DNA of 40,343 nt from Elsinoe ampelina (Eukaryota), in NCBI GenBank assembly GCA_010093995.1, contig ML992508.1, forward strand, positions 124,001 through 164,343. The letters run 5' to 3'. The notes below the pieces were generated by a model. It ran no database searches and was not told the DNA's origin. It saw nothing but the letters and a program-made list of their open reading frames with translations. Numbering within the stretch: position 1 is the stretch's first letter; each line of letters begins with the position of its first letter. Both the position numbers and the translations under genes were made by a program. Positions 1-12,779 of this stretch are shown here, piece by piece.

Positions 1-193
1 GAGGAGTGGGTGCCACACTCCTGAGGACCCCGCGGGTAATTATCCCTGGCGCAATCCGCTATTGATGCGACTTCCGGTCCTCTAGAGTGGGAAGGTGAGG
101 AGATTGGCGGCGAGGAGTGGCGATGGAGTATATAGTCTACTGGTCTAGCAGCCCTAGACAGACAGACGTGTTTCAGTGCCCTATACCGCAAGC

Positions 194-1576
194 ATGAAGT
201 ACTCTCTGGTTCTCGCTGGCCTTGCTGCCACCGCTTATGCGATTCCCAAGCACCACACAAAGTCGACGAAGATCAAGACTACAAAGCAACACAAGACTAC
301 TACTACGTCCAAGATTGCCACAACGACCTCAGTAGCAAGCTCGACGATTCCAATCACTGTAGTAGCTCCTGCTTCTTCAAGTGCCTCGACATCGGCTTCA
401 CCTTCAGCCTCTCCTTCTGCGGCACCCGCGCCGTCAGGATGCGTTGTGACTGACTTTGCTGCCATTCCCGCTGCAGTCGCCAACTGCACCTCGATCACGC
501 TCAAGGACATCCATGCCCCGTCCAATCAGACTATCGACCTTCAAAAGCTCCTGCCACACACTACCGTCACCTTTGCCGGCACGACTACCTTTGACTTCAC
601 CAACATCTCGTCGTTCGACCCGATTGTGATCAGCGGTACCGATATCACGGTGACTGCCGAACCGGACGCTCTCCTTGACGGCAATGGACCCATCTACTGG
701 GACGGCATCGGGTCCAACGGAGGTGTTCCCAAGTAAGAAGTTCTACACATCTTTCGTGAGAACACGACTAATCGTTCCAGGCCCAACCACTTCATCGTCC
801 TGAAGAAGATCAACGGTGGCGTTGTCAAGGACCTCAAGATCAAGAACTGGCCAGTCCATCTCTTCTCCATCTCTGGCTGCAACAACGTTGACATGTTCGA
901 CCTGTATCTCGACAACACCGATGGTAACGCCCCGAACAATCGCAGCAAGGGGCTTCCGGCTGCCCACAACTCGGACGGTTTTGATCTAAGCTCCTCCACC
1001 AACTTCACCATTCGCGACAGCGTCGTGCTAAACCAGGATGACTGCGTTGCCGTCACCAGCGGCGACAACGTCAAGGTCGACAACATGTACTGCGACGGCG
1101 GCCATGGTCTCAGCATTGGCTCCGTCGGTGGCAAGAGCAACAACAACGTGACCAACATCTCGGTATGTACCCTACCTCGTCCTCCTACGTGCCTCTTTAA
1201 TAATCCCTAGTTCACAAACTCCGTCGTCCTCAACTCCGAGAATGGCCCTCGCATAAAGACCAATTCCAACACCACCGGCTTCATCTCCGACATCACCTAC
1301 CGCAACATCACCGTCTCCAACATCAGCATCTACGGCATCGACGTCCAGCAGGATTACCTCAACGGTGGACCAACGGGCAGCCCCACCAACGGCGTGATAA
1401 TTCAGAATGTGTTGTTCGAGGACATCAAGGGTACTGCGAACGAGGACGGCAAGAACTACTACGTGCTCTGCGGCGAGGGGAGCTGTAGCAATATCAAGTT
1501 CGTGAATGTGGACATCACCAGTGGAGGGAAGCCGAGCTCGTGTAACTTGCCGGCGGATGAGTGTCCGGTCATCTAG
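194..1576 (+). CDS. Secreted GH28 endopolygalacturonase with Ser/Thr/Lys-rich N-terminal extension; exons 194-732, 781-1162, 1211-1576
   Basis: Signal peptide MKYSLVLAGLAATAYA. GH28 motifs NSDG, QDDC, GGHG, RIKT. Introns 733-780 (GTAAGA..CTAAT..CAG) and 1163-1210 (GTATGT..TAG) join the three pieces in frame. Confidence 0.95.
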
Positions 1577-1941
1577 AGAGATAGATCTTTGTCTGTAAAG
1601 ATTTCTGTTCATGTGCGGCTCGTGTCCAAGGCTCGTCCATATCGTTAGCAATTGCCTGCGATCAAGATTGTAGGCATGGGCGTCGAGCCCTTCTTCATTC
1701 CTTGCTATATCAACTCGATACTTGGGAATAATCAAAGGAATTAACAAATAGCCTCGTCAAAAGATTCGTGATGGGGCCGAGTCCCCGCCCTACTGAGCAA
1801 ACTCACCCGCCTTCGGGGAGCCAGCCATGAACTCACCGCACCGCTTTGCTTTCACCGAGCTTTCCAATGCTGTCCTGCCACTGAGTCTGAATGATTATCA
1901 CACGGTTCAGGGTTCTCGGAGGGCAAAAATTCAAAAATTCG

Positions 1942-2035
1942 TGATGAAGACGAGATTCGAACTCGCGCGGTTTCCCATCACGGGTTTACATACGTAGACC
2001 TAAACGTGACGCCATAACCACTCGGCCACTTCACC
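1942..2035 (-). tRNA. tRNA-Leu(TAG) with a ~15-nt intron (1984-1998)
   Basis: Minus strand: acceptor GGTGAAG/CTTCATC+A, D arm TGGCCGAGTGGTTATGGC, anticodon stem TCACG/CGTGA with TT-TAG-G, long variable arm, T arm GCGAG-TTCGAAT-CTCGT, then T5 Pol III terminators. Confidence 0.95.
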
Positions 2036-2220
2036 ATTCAAGATTCAAAACTGGATTTGATTGATATATGATGCCTAGCGTACTTGCGACACTAGCAACA
2101 TCTCGAGGTTCGCCCCGGAACGACATGCTCACGATCCCAACGGGATGCGCACCCTGCCACAACTATGGCAATGCGGCGGAGAACTCAGCTGGCTGTCGAC
2201 GTCCTGCTCTGCATGTCGGT

Positions 2221-3713
2221 CTACACAGTCGCCCCCAACACCAACTTACCTCCAACAAGATCAACCCCCTTATTGAATCTTTTATCCGGATCATACCTCC
2301 GCTTCACCTCCCTCAACCTCTCAAAATTCTCGCCGTACACCTCGCTCAAATCATTCCACTCATGCAAGAACCCCGCATGGAACTCCCCCGTCTCGTTCCC
2401 CTCCCCCGCAATCTCCGTATCAGCATGCGTCAAGCGTTCCATCACAATGTCTCCTAGATCAGAGGGTGCTTCGTCCTGCTTACACCCTAGCACGAGCTGC
2501 ATGACGTGACGACGGCCAGAGTGAGGCCAAGCAGTGGCGGTGCGGGAAGGGGAGGAGTTGAATGCTTGCTATCGCGCATGGTCAGCTACTACAGAGAAGG
2601 GAACCAGGCAGGGATGAGGGAGTACTTCTTGCATGAATTCTAGCAGGACGGTGGAGTTGCTGCCGAAGCCGGGGCAGGCGTCTACGCAGCGTTCGTACCA
2701 TTTCCACGCTCGGATGAGGGTCTCGTCGTCGATCTTCTCGATCAGTGGTGCGGAGAGCCAGAAGTGGCATGTCCCTTGGTAGTCTCTGAAGGTTTCGGCC
2801 AGGGCGTTGACTTGTTGGAGTGTCAATTCTGAGGTGCCAAAGTTATGAGCGCCGGGGAGGTCGAGGATCTGCTTGAAGCCCTTTTCTGACAGAGCGTGAT
2901 CGGTGCCGTTGGCGTCGAACAGCATGAAGCCTATGTCTGGTTTGGATCCTTGATTGGGAAAGCCCATACCGGGCCCGAGGTTGACAACATGCAATGCTAG
3001 CTTTGGATCGGATGTTCGGGCGGCCATGTCGGCGACGGCTTTGGAAGCTTGCTTGAGTGACGAGTATGGCACGGAAACAATGCCGGAGAAGATGTTGGTG
3101 GGATATGGTCGGGCTTGTAACTTCAGTGCCGTAACCACGCCGAAATTGCCACCACCGCCACGCAAAGCCCACAACAGCTCTGGCTCTTCGCTCGCCCAGA
3201 TGACCCGACCATCACGGAGCACAATCTGCATATCCAAGAGATTTTGAGGGTCAGAGATCATGCCGAATTCATGGCTCAATCAGCTCAATGCAGCCACCGC
3301 GCGGAGTCAGTGACCCCCACCCAGCTGCATCGATCACCAACGACAGAGTATCCCGACGCATTTCCATCCATCCATCGATCGACCCCTCCCCAGTCCAACC
3401 CTGCACCCAAGGTGAGCACATTCGTGGACCCGTCATAGTTGAACGACTTGAAGCCATGAGTGCTGAGAATGACATCCTTGGCAGAGACAGACCCAGTGCC
3501 TGTGTTGCGTATAGCGAAATCCAGATTGGAATTGTAGAGGTAGCGAACTGCGATTGAGAGGGATTTGACAGAGCTCGGAGCTATTACAAGGAGCGGATTC
3601 TTATCAGCATGGACAGACCATGGTTTAGCCTGTGCCTCATACTCGTTGCTTCCTTGATCGAAGACTTCATCAGGTGAGAGCAATGCCCTGAGAGCGTCCA
3701 GAGACCCGCCCAT
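2221..3713 (-). pseudogene. FAD-linked oxidoreductase (VAO/BBE-like, FAD_binding_4), disrupted
   Basis: Motifs ELLWALRGGGGNFGVVT and RLREVKRRYDP. Intron 2569-2625 (GTACTC..GCTGAC..TAG). 1-nt frameshift near 3298 and in-frame TGA at 3280-3282 (LS*LSHEFG, where Trp is expected). Confidence 0.85.
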
Positions 3714-4619
3714 TGTGCAATGAGAGGAGACGAGATTTCCAGATGTTTTACATACCTTCTTGTAGCACCATATTGCTGCTGGGCTGGAGGCCAGAGAGTA
3801 AGCTGACAGGGCACAGACGTGCTTACTAGACCGGACATGTCGATCACCACATCACCTTTCCTTCCTTATTTTTGGTACGGAATCATACTGGCGATAGAGA
3901 CCTTGGTCCCGACAGTATCCAGACGTGAGATTGAATCCAGGATGGGCTCTCGAAGGAAAGTAGGAATCCCACCACTGACCGTGCCCAACACACACACCAG
4001 AAATCGGTCATCGAGATATTAAGAAGGAAGCAAGCATCATGTTCTGGGTGGGGAACATCGTTCAAGGACACGGAGAATCGAAAAAAGATAGGAAAAGAAG
4101 GTGGTCGTGCTCAATCTGGCCTACAGTTCCCCGCCAAAAGTTTGAGTAAATTCGCGTCTTTCGTAACACGCGTTGTTCCCTTGTAACTGCTTTAACTACT
4201 AACTATGCTACTATAACGTCGTGTTCTTAGTGAAATAAGCTCAAATATTCGTGCTAGAAATAAAGAGCTATCGCCCTATACCAGAAATATCATTTAAGGC
4301 CGATTAGAAGGTAGTTAAAAAGGTATTAATATTATAGCTAATCTTAGCCTTCCTATCTCGACTATCTTCTTAATACTAGATCGAGTAGTATAAAGGCTTA
4401 TCTAAACTACATAAAGGCCGGCCTAGCAAATTATCTAACCTTAATAAGTATAATATTAAGTATATAGCTAATAGTAATTCCTTTATAACTTATAGTAACA
4501 TTAAGAAGAGCTATCTTCTAACTATTAGTGTCTACACTATCTAATAGTACCTCTATAGCTAGGATATATGTAAATAGGTTATAAAGAGAAGGCTATTAAT
4601 TATAAAGGAGTATATAAAG

Positions 4620-4806
4620 TATTAAAGCCTTATATTAAAGCTATATATGTCGTAATATAGAGAATACCTATCTAACTAAATAGTCTATTAGTAGTAGAAC
4701 TAATTACTATTAAGCTCTAAGCGTAAGTGCTACGTAGGATATTTAAGTACGTTACGTAAGCGGGACTAGCCGCTACTAAGTAATACTCTAATACTAAGCT
4801 CTTATA
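4620..4806 (-). repeat. 3' LTR of Gypsy-1
   Basis: 187-bp direct repeat of 11123-11309; TA..TA ends consistent with RIP-altered TG..CA; differences almost all transitions. Confidence 0.93.
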
Positions 4807-5220
4807 ATTATCTCCTCCTCTAGGAGAGCTATTCTTAGCTCTTAACTAGAAGTATATAATATATAGTATTATTTAGAAGTAACATAGGTATAAGGTAGTT
4901 AAGGTATTTTTATAAAGGTCTTATATATATCTTATATAATGTCTAGTAGTAGTAGTCTTAGAAATCTAGTTTCTAGGGGGGTGTTTATCTAGTTACTATA
5001 GTGCTAAAGCTAATCGGTAGTAATAATATTACTTTTCTTAGAATTTCTAGTAGTATCGTAGGAGACGCGCGCCTTATACTAGTAGCTATAACAAAGATAT
5101 AGTATACTAGAGGTTAGTCTATATAATTTTATCGTTTCTCCTTATATTCTTCTTTTCTACCTAAAATACATCTATATTTTATTAACCTCTTACTATATAA
5201 GTGTACTACCTATAACTATT

Positions 5221-6016
5221 ATATTATCTAACTCTAGCCTCCCTATAGCTAATACTTGTAGCGTAAGGTTAGCTAGTACCTAGGGAGCTATTACTACTAG
5301 CGCTAACTCTATAACTCTCTTACTTCCTAAAGAGAAGGCTAATACCTATACTAGGTATACTAATAGCGTTACTAAGGATAAGCTAATAGAGCTCTTATAA
5401 GAGACATAACTAATTTATAATAGGTTATATCTATACTAGAGATAACTTTAGTATCTTCTTCTATTATAAGTATAAATACTACGCCTATAGTAAGTATATA
5501 TACGAGTTACTTCTATCTATCTTATATAATATATATATTAACGCCTTTAACGTAGTTACTAAGCTTAAGGCCCCCGACTAGGCTAGTATTACTATAGCTA
5601 AGAAGTATATATACGCTATAGCCTATAAGAACGTTCTTAAGGTTAAGAAGTTTAAGACTATACTTAAGGTATACTATACTAATAAGGATAAGGTCGTTAG
5701 TAAGGTCTCGACTCCTTATATAGAGCCTATAGGTAGCTCGCTTAGTAGTATTACGCTTAAGCGTAAGAAGGTTAAGGAGCTATAGAAGATTAGGTATAGC
5801 CTTTATAGCTTAATTACTATTAGTAAGGAGGTAAGTTAGACTATACTTCTTATACGTTATAAATATAGCTAATAGGTTTAGATAGTATATAACTCTAGTA
5901 GTTCTACTACTAAAATTAACTATATTATAGCTAGTAGGTAGCTTATAGCCCCTATAGTACCTATAGGGGAGAATCTTAGTATAGAGATAGACAAGGGTAG
6001 TAATAGGGACGAGTAG
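5221..6016 (+). pseudogene. RIP-mutated antisense, intron-containing ORF inside Gypsy-1 (putative Cys-rich Zn-binding protein, ~230 codons)
   Basis: Near-open frame with four internal stops, all TAG. Intact phase-0 intron 5831-5881 (GTAAGT..GCTAAT..TAG). Probable intron 5397-5451 with RIP-altered donor. De-RIP reading gives CARC and KCEYCAHGKHAC. Confidence 0.6.
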
Positions 6017-9000
6017 GTATATACGAGCTAGGTATGTATCTCTAGCGCTATATCTATAATAAGGCCTTATATAGAGTATAATAGAGTATAGAGTTTAGGT
6101 TAATACCTGTAATAGTAGTATAAGCGTAGCGCTTTATTAAAATACATTTCCCTAGATAAGGAGTTTACTCTTTACCCTATTTATGTATTTATATAATCTA
6201 TCTACTTATATACTTTATAATTTACACCTTTAGCGACCTTTCTTAGCTACTCTTAGCTATAACTCGTATATAGCGATTAGCTCTCTTATATTTACGTAAT
6301 TCTCTTTAGGTTCCTAGCTATTAAACTTAATAGGCTAGTCCTTCTACTTTACTAAGTAGAATACCTTACCCTTTATAGTTCTTCTACCTAGAATCTTCTC
6401 TACTATTTACTTATCTACTTCGTTAGTAAGAGATATACTCTCTTCTAGCTCCTTACTAGCTCTACTTATCTATAGTTTAAGAAGAGATATATAAAAGACA
6501 TTATAGATATAATACTAACTTAGTAAAGCTAGGCGATACACCTATAATTTAATTATGTTAAGTATATAAAATAGGCTAAGGAATTGTAGTTCTATCTTCT
6601 TCTTTAGTATAGATAGCTATAAGTTCTTAGCCGAGAGTAGTACTAAGTTACCTATACTATATACCCTTAGCGTATACTTCCTATTATAGTACTTAGCCTA
6701 GTAGGTAGAAGCCTCTTTCTATTACTCTACTAGCTTCGTATATATATCTCGTAAGTATTATACTAACTCTACTACTACTAGTACTCTTCTCTTTAAAGTC
6801 TCGTCCTAAGACTTAATAGCTATTACTTCTAACTCTAGATAGTAGCTATATATTATTTAGAAGGGGCTTATATATAGCGTAGTATAAACGCTATTATTGC
6901 TTATAAATTCTACTTATAATAGACATTTAGCCTAGTTATTATATAGCTCTATATAGTAGTACCTTAGGTACTATTCTAATATTTAGTTTTACTACTTAGT
7001 TTAACTATCCGTCTATAGGTAAAAGGCTATACTAAGCCTACGCTTTATATGTATTTTGTAATAGAATTTACTCTAGAACTAGCTAGTAAAGACCGATCCT
7101 TAATTACTTACTATTCCCCTTAGGACACTATAATAGTAAATAACGTAGTTATATAGAATCTCTACTAGCTCTATAGATATATACTTCTTAGTAGTAGAGA
7201 TATATAGTAATATCTTAGTATAATAGTCTATAATTACTAGTACTATATTATAGATACTACTACCTTACTTACTTAGTAGTAGGTTAGTAATAAAATCTAT
7301 TATAATTTCTTACTATAGGTAGTCTAGTATTAGTAGTGTACGTAGCTCGCTATAGAGGTAATAGTAGTACACCTTATATTTCTAGTATACTTAGTATAAC
7401 TATATATAGTTATTAATGTCTTTTCTTATAGTTAGCTAGAAGTATTTCTATAAGAGGAAATAAAGCGTCTTATCTTTACTAAAGTAACTAGCCTATTTAC
7501 TATTATAGTATATATATAGTATCTACGCTCTTAAGGTACTATTATTTAGAATAACTAATACATCCTAGTAGAATAAGAGGTTATCTTATAGGTTCTATAG
7601 CGCCTTACTCTTATCTCTACTACTTCCTACTTATAAACGTAGCTTTATAACTTTAGGGTCTTATCCCTATAGTAGCTCTATAACTAATAATAAATTAATA
7701 GATAGATCTTCGAAGAGATTCTCCCTTACTATTACTATAATAGTGACTTACTAGGTCGTTATAAAGCTCTAGAAGTTCTTAGAAGAGATTTTGCCTTTAT
7801 ATAGTATATAGGCGGCCTAGGCCTACTCTAGAGTAGCCTCGTATATAGCTTAAATATGTCTAACTAGCGAAGTAGCTTCTTTAGAGTTAGTAGTCTAGTC
7901 TTAGATCTAGAGCTTATTCTAAAGAGTTAAAAGAAGGTAAGATACCTTCTACTTCTTAGCTATATAGTTAGAGTGCCTCGAGAGTGTATTAGCTAGGTTC
8001 CTCGTACCTAGCTAATACTCTATTATAAAGTTAAAAGTAATAAGGAAGGTAGCCTAGTAAGCTTATTAGCTATTTAGCTATTTTAGCTTTATAAATCCTT
8101 AGAGATTATTATAGTTAGTAAGTACTTAAATCGTATATAAGGTACCTTCGAGGTAGTACTACTATTACTTAAATATATATATAATTACTAATAGCTCTTA
8201 GTTGTACGTCTTATAATTATACTTAGCTAGGATAAACTTCCTTAACTAAAAGGTAATTAGGTACTAAGTACTATCGAATAGCTAAGATAGGATTACTACT
8301 ACTATAAACTTTAATATATTACTTTTAATATATAGAGGTAGTATAGAATTATAGTAACGAAGAATAAGGGTATATATAAAGGCGTCCCTAATGTCCTTAA
8401 ATACCTACTATTTGCTTATACTCTATATAAAAGAGCTATACTTATAACCTTTAACTAAGTCTTTAAGAAGGCTAGAGAGGAGAGTAATAATCTTAAAGTA
8501 GTACTATATAAAGTAATAATAGAAGTTTATAAAGCTAGTAAACTACTAGACCTTATAATAACTCTTTAGCCTCGGCTAATTCTTAATTATAGTTACTCTA
8601 CTAGGATCTATCGAGACACCTATAGTAGAGATAATATAGCTAAGGAATTCTACCTCCTTAGTAAAGAATTTACATTTCTTAAGGTTAGTATATAAAGTAA
8701 ACTTCTATAGCCTTACTAGAATCTTATAAATGTAATATATATAGTTCTCTCTCGAATTACTATAGATAAGAATATTATTAAGGTAGACAATATAGATAGT
8801 ATTAACTAGCCTACCTAGTACCTTATTAATATACGCTTAGAAGGTAGCTAGGGCATTAGTTAATCTAAAAGGTATAACTAAGTACTTAAAATAGCTATAG
8901 TATATATAGAATATAGTCTTCTACTTATTACTATACTTAATAGAGATCCTATAGTAGATATCCTTTAGATCTAACTTCGAGAACTACTAAGCTTACCTAA

Positions 9001-11122
9001 GCTAATTAAGCGTCTTACTAATAAGTAAAAGTAGGTAATAATTCTTAATAGTTACCTTATTTAAGCCCTAGTAATCTACGTATAAGTATAAAGTACTATC
9101 CTTTTTAGGTACGAATAAGATAGAAGTACCTACCTTACTTATAGAGCGCTAGATCTACCTATTTAATTTAGTAGTCTTAAGATAGTTCTTAAGTACTTCT
9201 AGCTTGTTAACTAAAAGGTTATATAAAGGCTAGAATAGAGGCCTTTTACTAGGCTCTAGCTTAATTATATACTTAGTGCCTAGTAGGTATAGTAATTTAG
9301 TAATATTCTTATAGATAAAGATATTAAAGAACTTTACGAACTTTAATAGTAGAGCTAGGTCGCCTACGGCGTAGGTATAGTTCTTAGACAGAGTCTATAC
9401 TATAGTATATACTCTTAGCTTATTCTAGAGATTCTTTATAAAGTCTTCTAGTTTATATAGGTAGACTATATATAAGGAGTAGCTATATAACTAGTTATCT
9501 ATAGTACTATCTATAATTACGTATTATCTTCTTTACTATAGGTACTCTAAAATAACTAGAGGGCCTAGTCCTAAGTCTATAGTATAGAAGAGGCTAATTA
9601 TCTCCCTAAGGTTGCTATAGAAGTCTACTAGATATACGTAAAGATAGTACGTACTATAGTAGAATCTAGCTTACTCTATAAAGAAAAATATACTTAGGTA
9701 CTAAGTATACTTAACTCTTAGTAGATTATAGTAAAGAGTAAATACCTAAGATATAAGATTAACTTCTATATAATTATCTATAAGAAACATATAGTCTTTA
9801 TAGCCTATAGGTGCTATAATAGTGCTATAATAGAGTAGCGATAGGTAAGTATTAATTAAAAGAGAAGTAGAGCTTAGTTACGCTTATTAGCTAAGCCTTT
9901 AGAGTTTACTAGCTTAGAGTTATTAACCTTGTCTATAGTAGCTACCTTATATACTACCTATAACTCCTTATCTTTCTATAAGTACTTTAATCTATACTCT
10001 AGCTTAATATAGCTAGTTCTACTATAGCTATAATACTTAGCGTTCTTCTTCTATACCTCGGAGGTGCTCTCTTACTTACTAAATTATTTAGTAGATAGGT
10101 TAGTAGCCTCCTACTCGCGATAAGCTTAAGAGCTACTACTAGACTAGTAGTAGTTTCCTTCTCGAGAGCTACCTTAGGTCTTATACTTATATAGTAGATT
10201 CGAGTTCTCTTCGTAGGTAGAATGCTTATAGCTTATATAGTTTAATAATTTAATATAAGAGCTAAGAGATACTAATTCTTAGTAAGTAGCTAGAATAGTA
10301 TAGTACTTAATAATAGTAGTACGTAGCGTAGGCTATAACTTAGTAAGGAGATAGTATACTCTTTATTCTTCTAAGTAGAGAGCTAGTTACTTCTCTAGAG
10401 TAGTAAGTTCTAAAGTAAAGGCCTAGATAGATTAGCTCTTATGTTATTAAGCACTCTCGTATATAAGAGTTATATGTACCTTATAGTTAATAGAGTTATT
10501 AACTACGTTCTATATAAACTAGTAAAATTGCTCCTACGTATAGCTCTCTAGGCTATCTATATAGTAGTAGTAATACTACGTCTTATCTAGCTTACTAGCG
10601 AGAAATATAACTCTATATAGTACCTTCTACTAATTAGTAGAATAAGCCTTAGAGGCTAGAGTAAAGATAACCTTGAGATTCTTTAGGAAGGATCTTACCT
10701 CTTTAAGCGTCTTACTCTAATAGGGATAAGGCTCTCTTAATTAAGGTCGTTCTAAGGATAGCCTTATAAATAATCTACCTATACTATATATACTCTAAGT
10801 GCTAGCTTTACTTACTATATACTTCGTAGAGGTATATAAGCTATAGCTAAAGCTAGTAGAAGTATATCCTACATCGTATATACGATATATCTACTTAATT
10901 TCTTCCTTAAGGCTCTAAGCCTTAAGCTCTAGCTCTAAATACTTACGCTTAGCGCGTAGATATAGTAGCTACTCCGTAAGAGTTTCTTCTTCCTTTAGAG
11001 AAGTCTACTTAATAGAGTCTATCTTTATAATATTATTTATACAAGGTATAGGCGCCTTACTAATAGAGTTCTAGTTGTCTATAGAGTCTAATAGATTATA
11101 ACTATAAGGGAGTAATTAGAAC

Positions 11123-11309
11123 TATTAAAGCCTTATATTAAAGCTATATATATTATAATATAGAGAACGCCTATCTAACTAAATAGTCCATTAGTAGTAG
11201 AACTAATTACTATTAAGCCCTAGGCGTAAGCGCTACGTAGGATATTTAAGTACGTTATATAAGCGGGACTAGCCGCTACTAAGTGCCGCTCTAATACTAA
11301 GCCCTTATA
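11123..11309 (-). repeat. 5' LTR of Gypsy-1
   Basis: Direct repeat of 4620-4806, followed by TSD TAAAG. Confidence 0.93.
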
Positions 11310-12779
11310 TAAAGGCTTACTTAAAGTTTGCTAAAGAGTATATTAATTAGATAGAAGAACAATAGTTAAAGGTTATCTAGAGTAATAAGTACTTAGTAGA
11401 GTATAGAACTAGTATTAGATAGCTATAGGTATTTCGCTCTATACTTAATTAGTACTATAAAGACGTAGTTATTCTATTTAAAAAGGGTAAGGATATAAGA
11501 GTAATAGTCTAGTATTGTTAGGGGTAGATTATATTAATACTAGTAAGTATATATACTAATTAACTTATAGTAGTATAAGGATAGCTCTTAATTAGTAGTA
11601 CAAATAATACTTAAGGAAACTATCTTCCTCCGCTAGTACGTAGTAAGATTAGAGCCTATACGTATAGGCTATCTAAAGCTAGCTAGACTCTAGATCCTTA
11701 TACCTAATTAGAAGCTTATATCTTATCCCTAAAGATCTCTATAATAAGTATACCTTTAGAGGCTTTAGCTAGTATAGATTAAACGTAATAAAGAGGGATA
11801 ATAGGTCTATAAAGAAGAGGTATATAGCTTAGTTATACCTATATACTCTCTAGTAAGTACTTATTAGCTAGTATAAACCTAGTCTTATCTTTATATAGAA
11901 TAACGCTAGAATATATATAGCTTATAAGGTTAAAGAGTAGTTTATAAGAAAGGGGATATAGGTAATAGAGTAGCTAGTATACTTACTAGATATAAATCCT
12001 ATCGAGAACCTATAGTACTTATTAAAGAAGCTTCTTTATACTTACTATCTAGAGCTTAATAACCTACTAAAAGACTTAGAGGTACTCTAGAAGGCTATAG
12101 GCTACGCCCTTAAGCAGTGCTAGAAGATAATAGATAAGAAGTTACTATATAAGTTATAGTCTAGCATAAAGAAGAGGATATAAGTAGTTATCTAAGCGCG
12201 GAGTTACTATACTAAATATTAAGCCTTATAAGCACTTTAAAATTTTGAAATTTATAGTATAAGATAGAGCTCTACTTAATAGTTATAATAACACCTCTCC
12301 GAGCTCTATATTATAAGAATTAGTAAAGTTATTTAACCTTAAAAGTTAGTAGTAGAATAGACGGTTGGTAGGGCAACTCCGCAATTTACGCAGACTTTTG
12401 GCTTAGTACTGTAGCTCGTTCCACGAAACCGCCGGCAGGACCCCATGACGATGCGCTCAATCTCTCATCATTCGGGAGTTCCAAGCAGGACAACCTGCAA
12501 CGGCCTTTGACAGGGGCCTTTGTCTCCAACTCGACGTCAACAAATGCTGGTGGTTCTTGATAGGCTATACTGCCGACGTCGACCCTGGAACGAACAGGTG
12601 CACACTCGCTGGCAAGCAGAGTCTGGAGATTGGACAATACCAGATGTCACCTCGTCTCTGCAACCCGCCACTGGACGTCAGAGAGACCCTGCCCATATCG
12701 ACCCCATGGATCGAGAGCAATCATGGCCGCGCGCCGTGGCGGTAGCATCTTCCGGTACCATCTTCTGGAAGACACTGGT

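Larger units (their letters stand above)
4620..11309 (-). mobile_element. RIP-inactivated full-length Ty3/Gypsy chromovirus LTR retrotransposon (Gypsy-1, 6690 bp)
   Basis: 187-bp LTRs, 5-bp TSD TAAAG (4615-4619, 11310-11314), purine tract next to the left LTR. Minus-strand order: CCHC knuckle (~9990-10040), RT YLNN=YLDD (8774-8785), RNase H (~8280-8430), integrase STAFHPQTDGQTERQN-like (~6970-7040), chromodomain YLVKWKDWP..NSWEP-like (~6300-6360). Confidence 0.93.
4124..12411 (+). mobile_element. RIP-inactivated Tc1/mariner DNA transposon (~1.6 kb: 4124-4619 plus 11315-12411), interrupted by a Gypsy element
   Basis: TA flanks at 4122-4123 and 12412-12413. Imperfect TIRs CAGTTCCCCGCCAAAAGTTTGAGTAAATT and (revcomp) CAGTACTAAGCCAAAAGTCTGCGTAAATT. 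De-RIP motifs FMQDNARIH (~11890-11918) and WPAYSPDMNPIENLW (~11970-12016). Confidence 0.9.

Noticed and set aside
176..193. ORF track starts the polygalacturonase at GTG 176
   Set aside because: ATG 194 begins the signal peptide directly.
1780..1920. GGAAAGCTCGGTG on the minus strand resembles the RNase P RNA CR-I motif
   Set aside because: No matching CR-V/P4 partner found downstream.
3280..3282. TGA at an expected Trp could be readthrough or A-to-I repair
   Set aside because: A frameshift ~16 nt away would still break the gene.
4190..12350. AT-rich blocks as mitochondrial or foreign DNA
   Set aside because: TpA excess, TIR/LTR/TSD structure and de-RIP domains explain them as RIP-mutated transposons.
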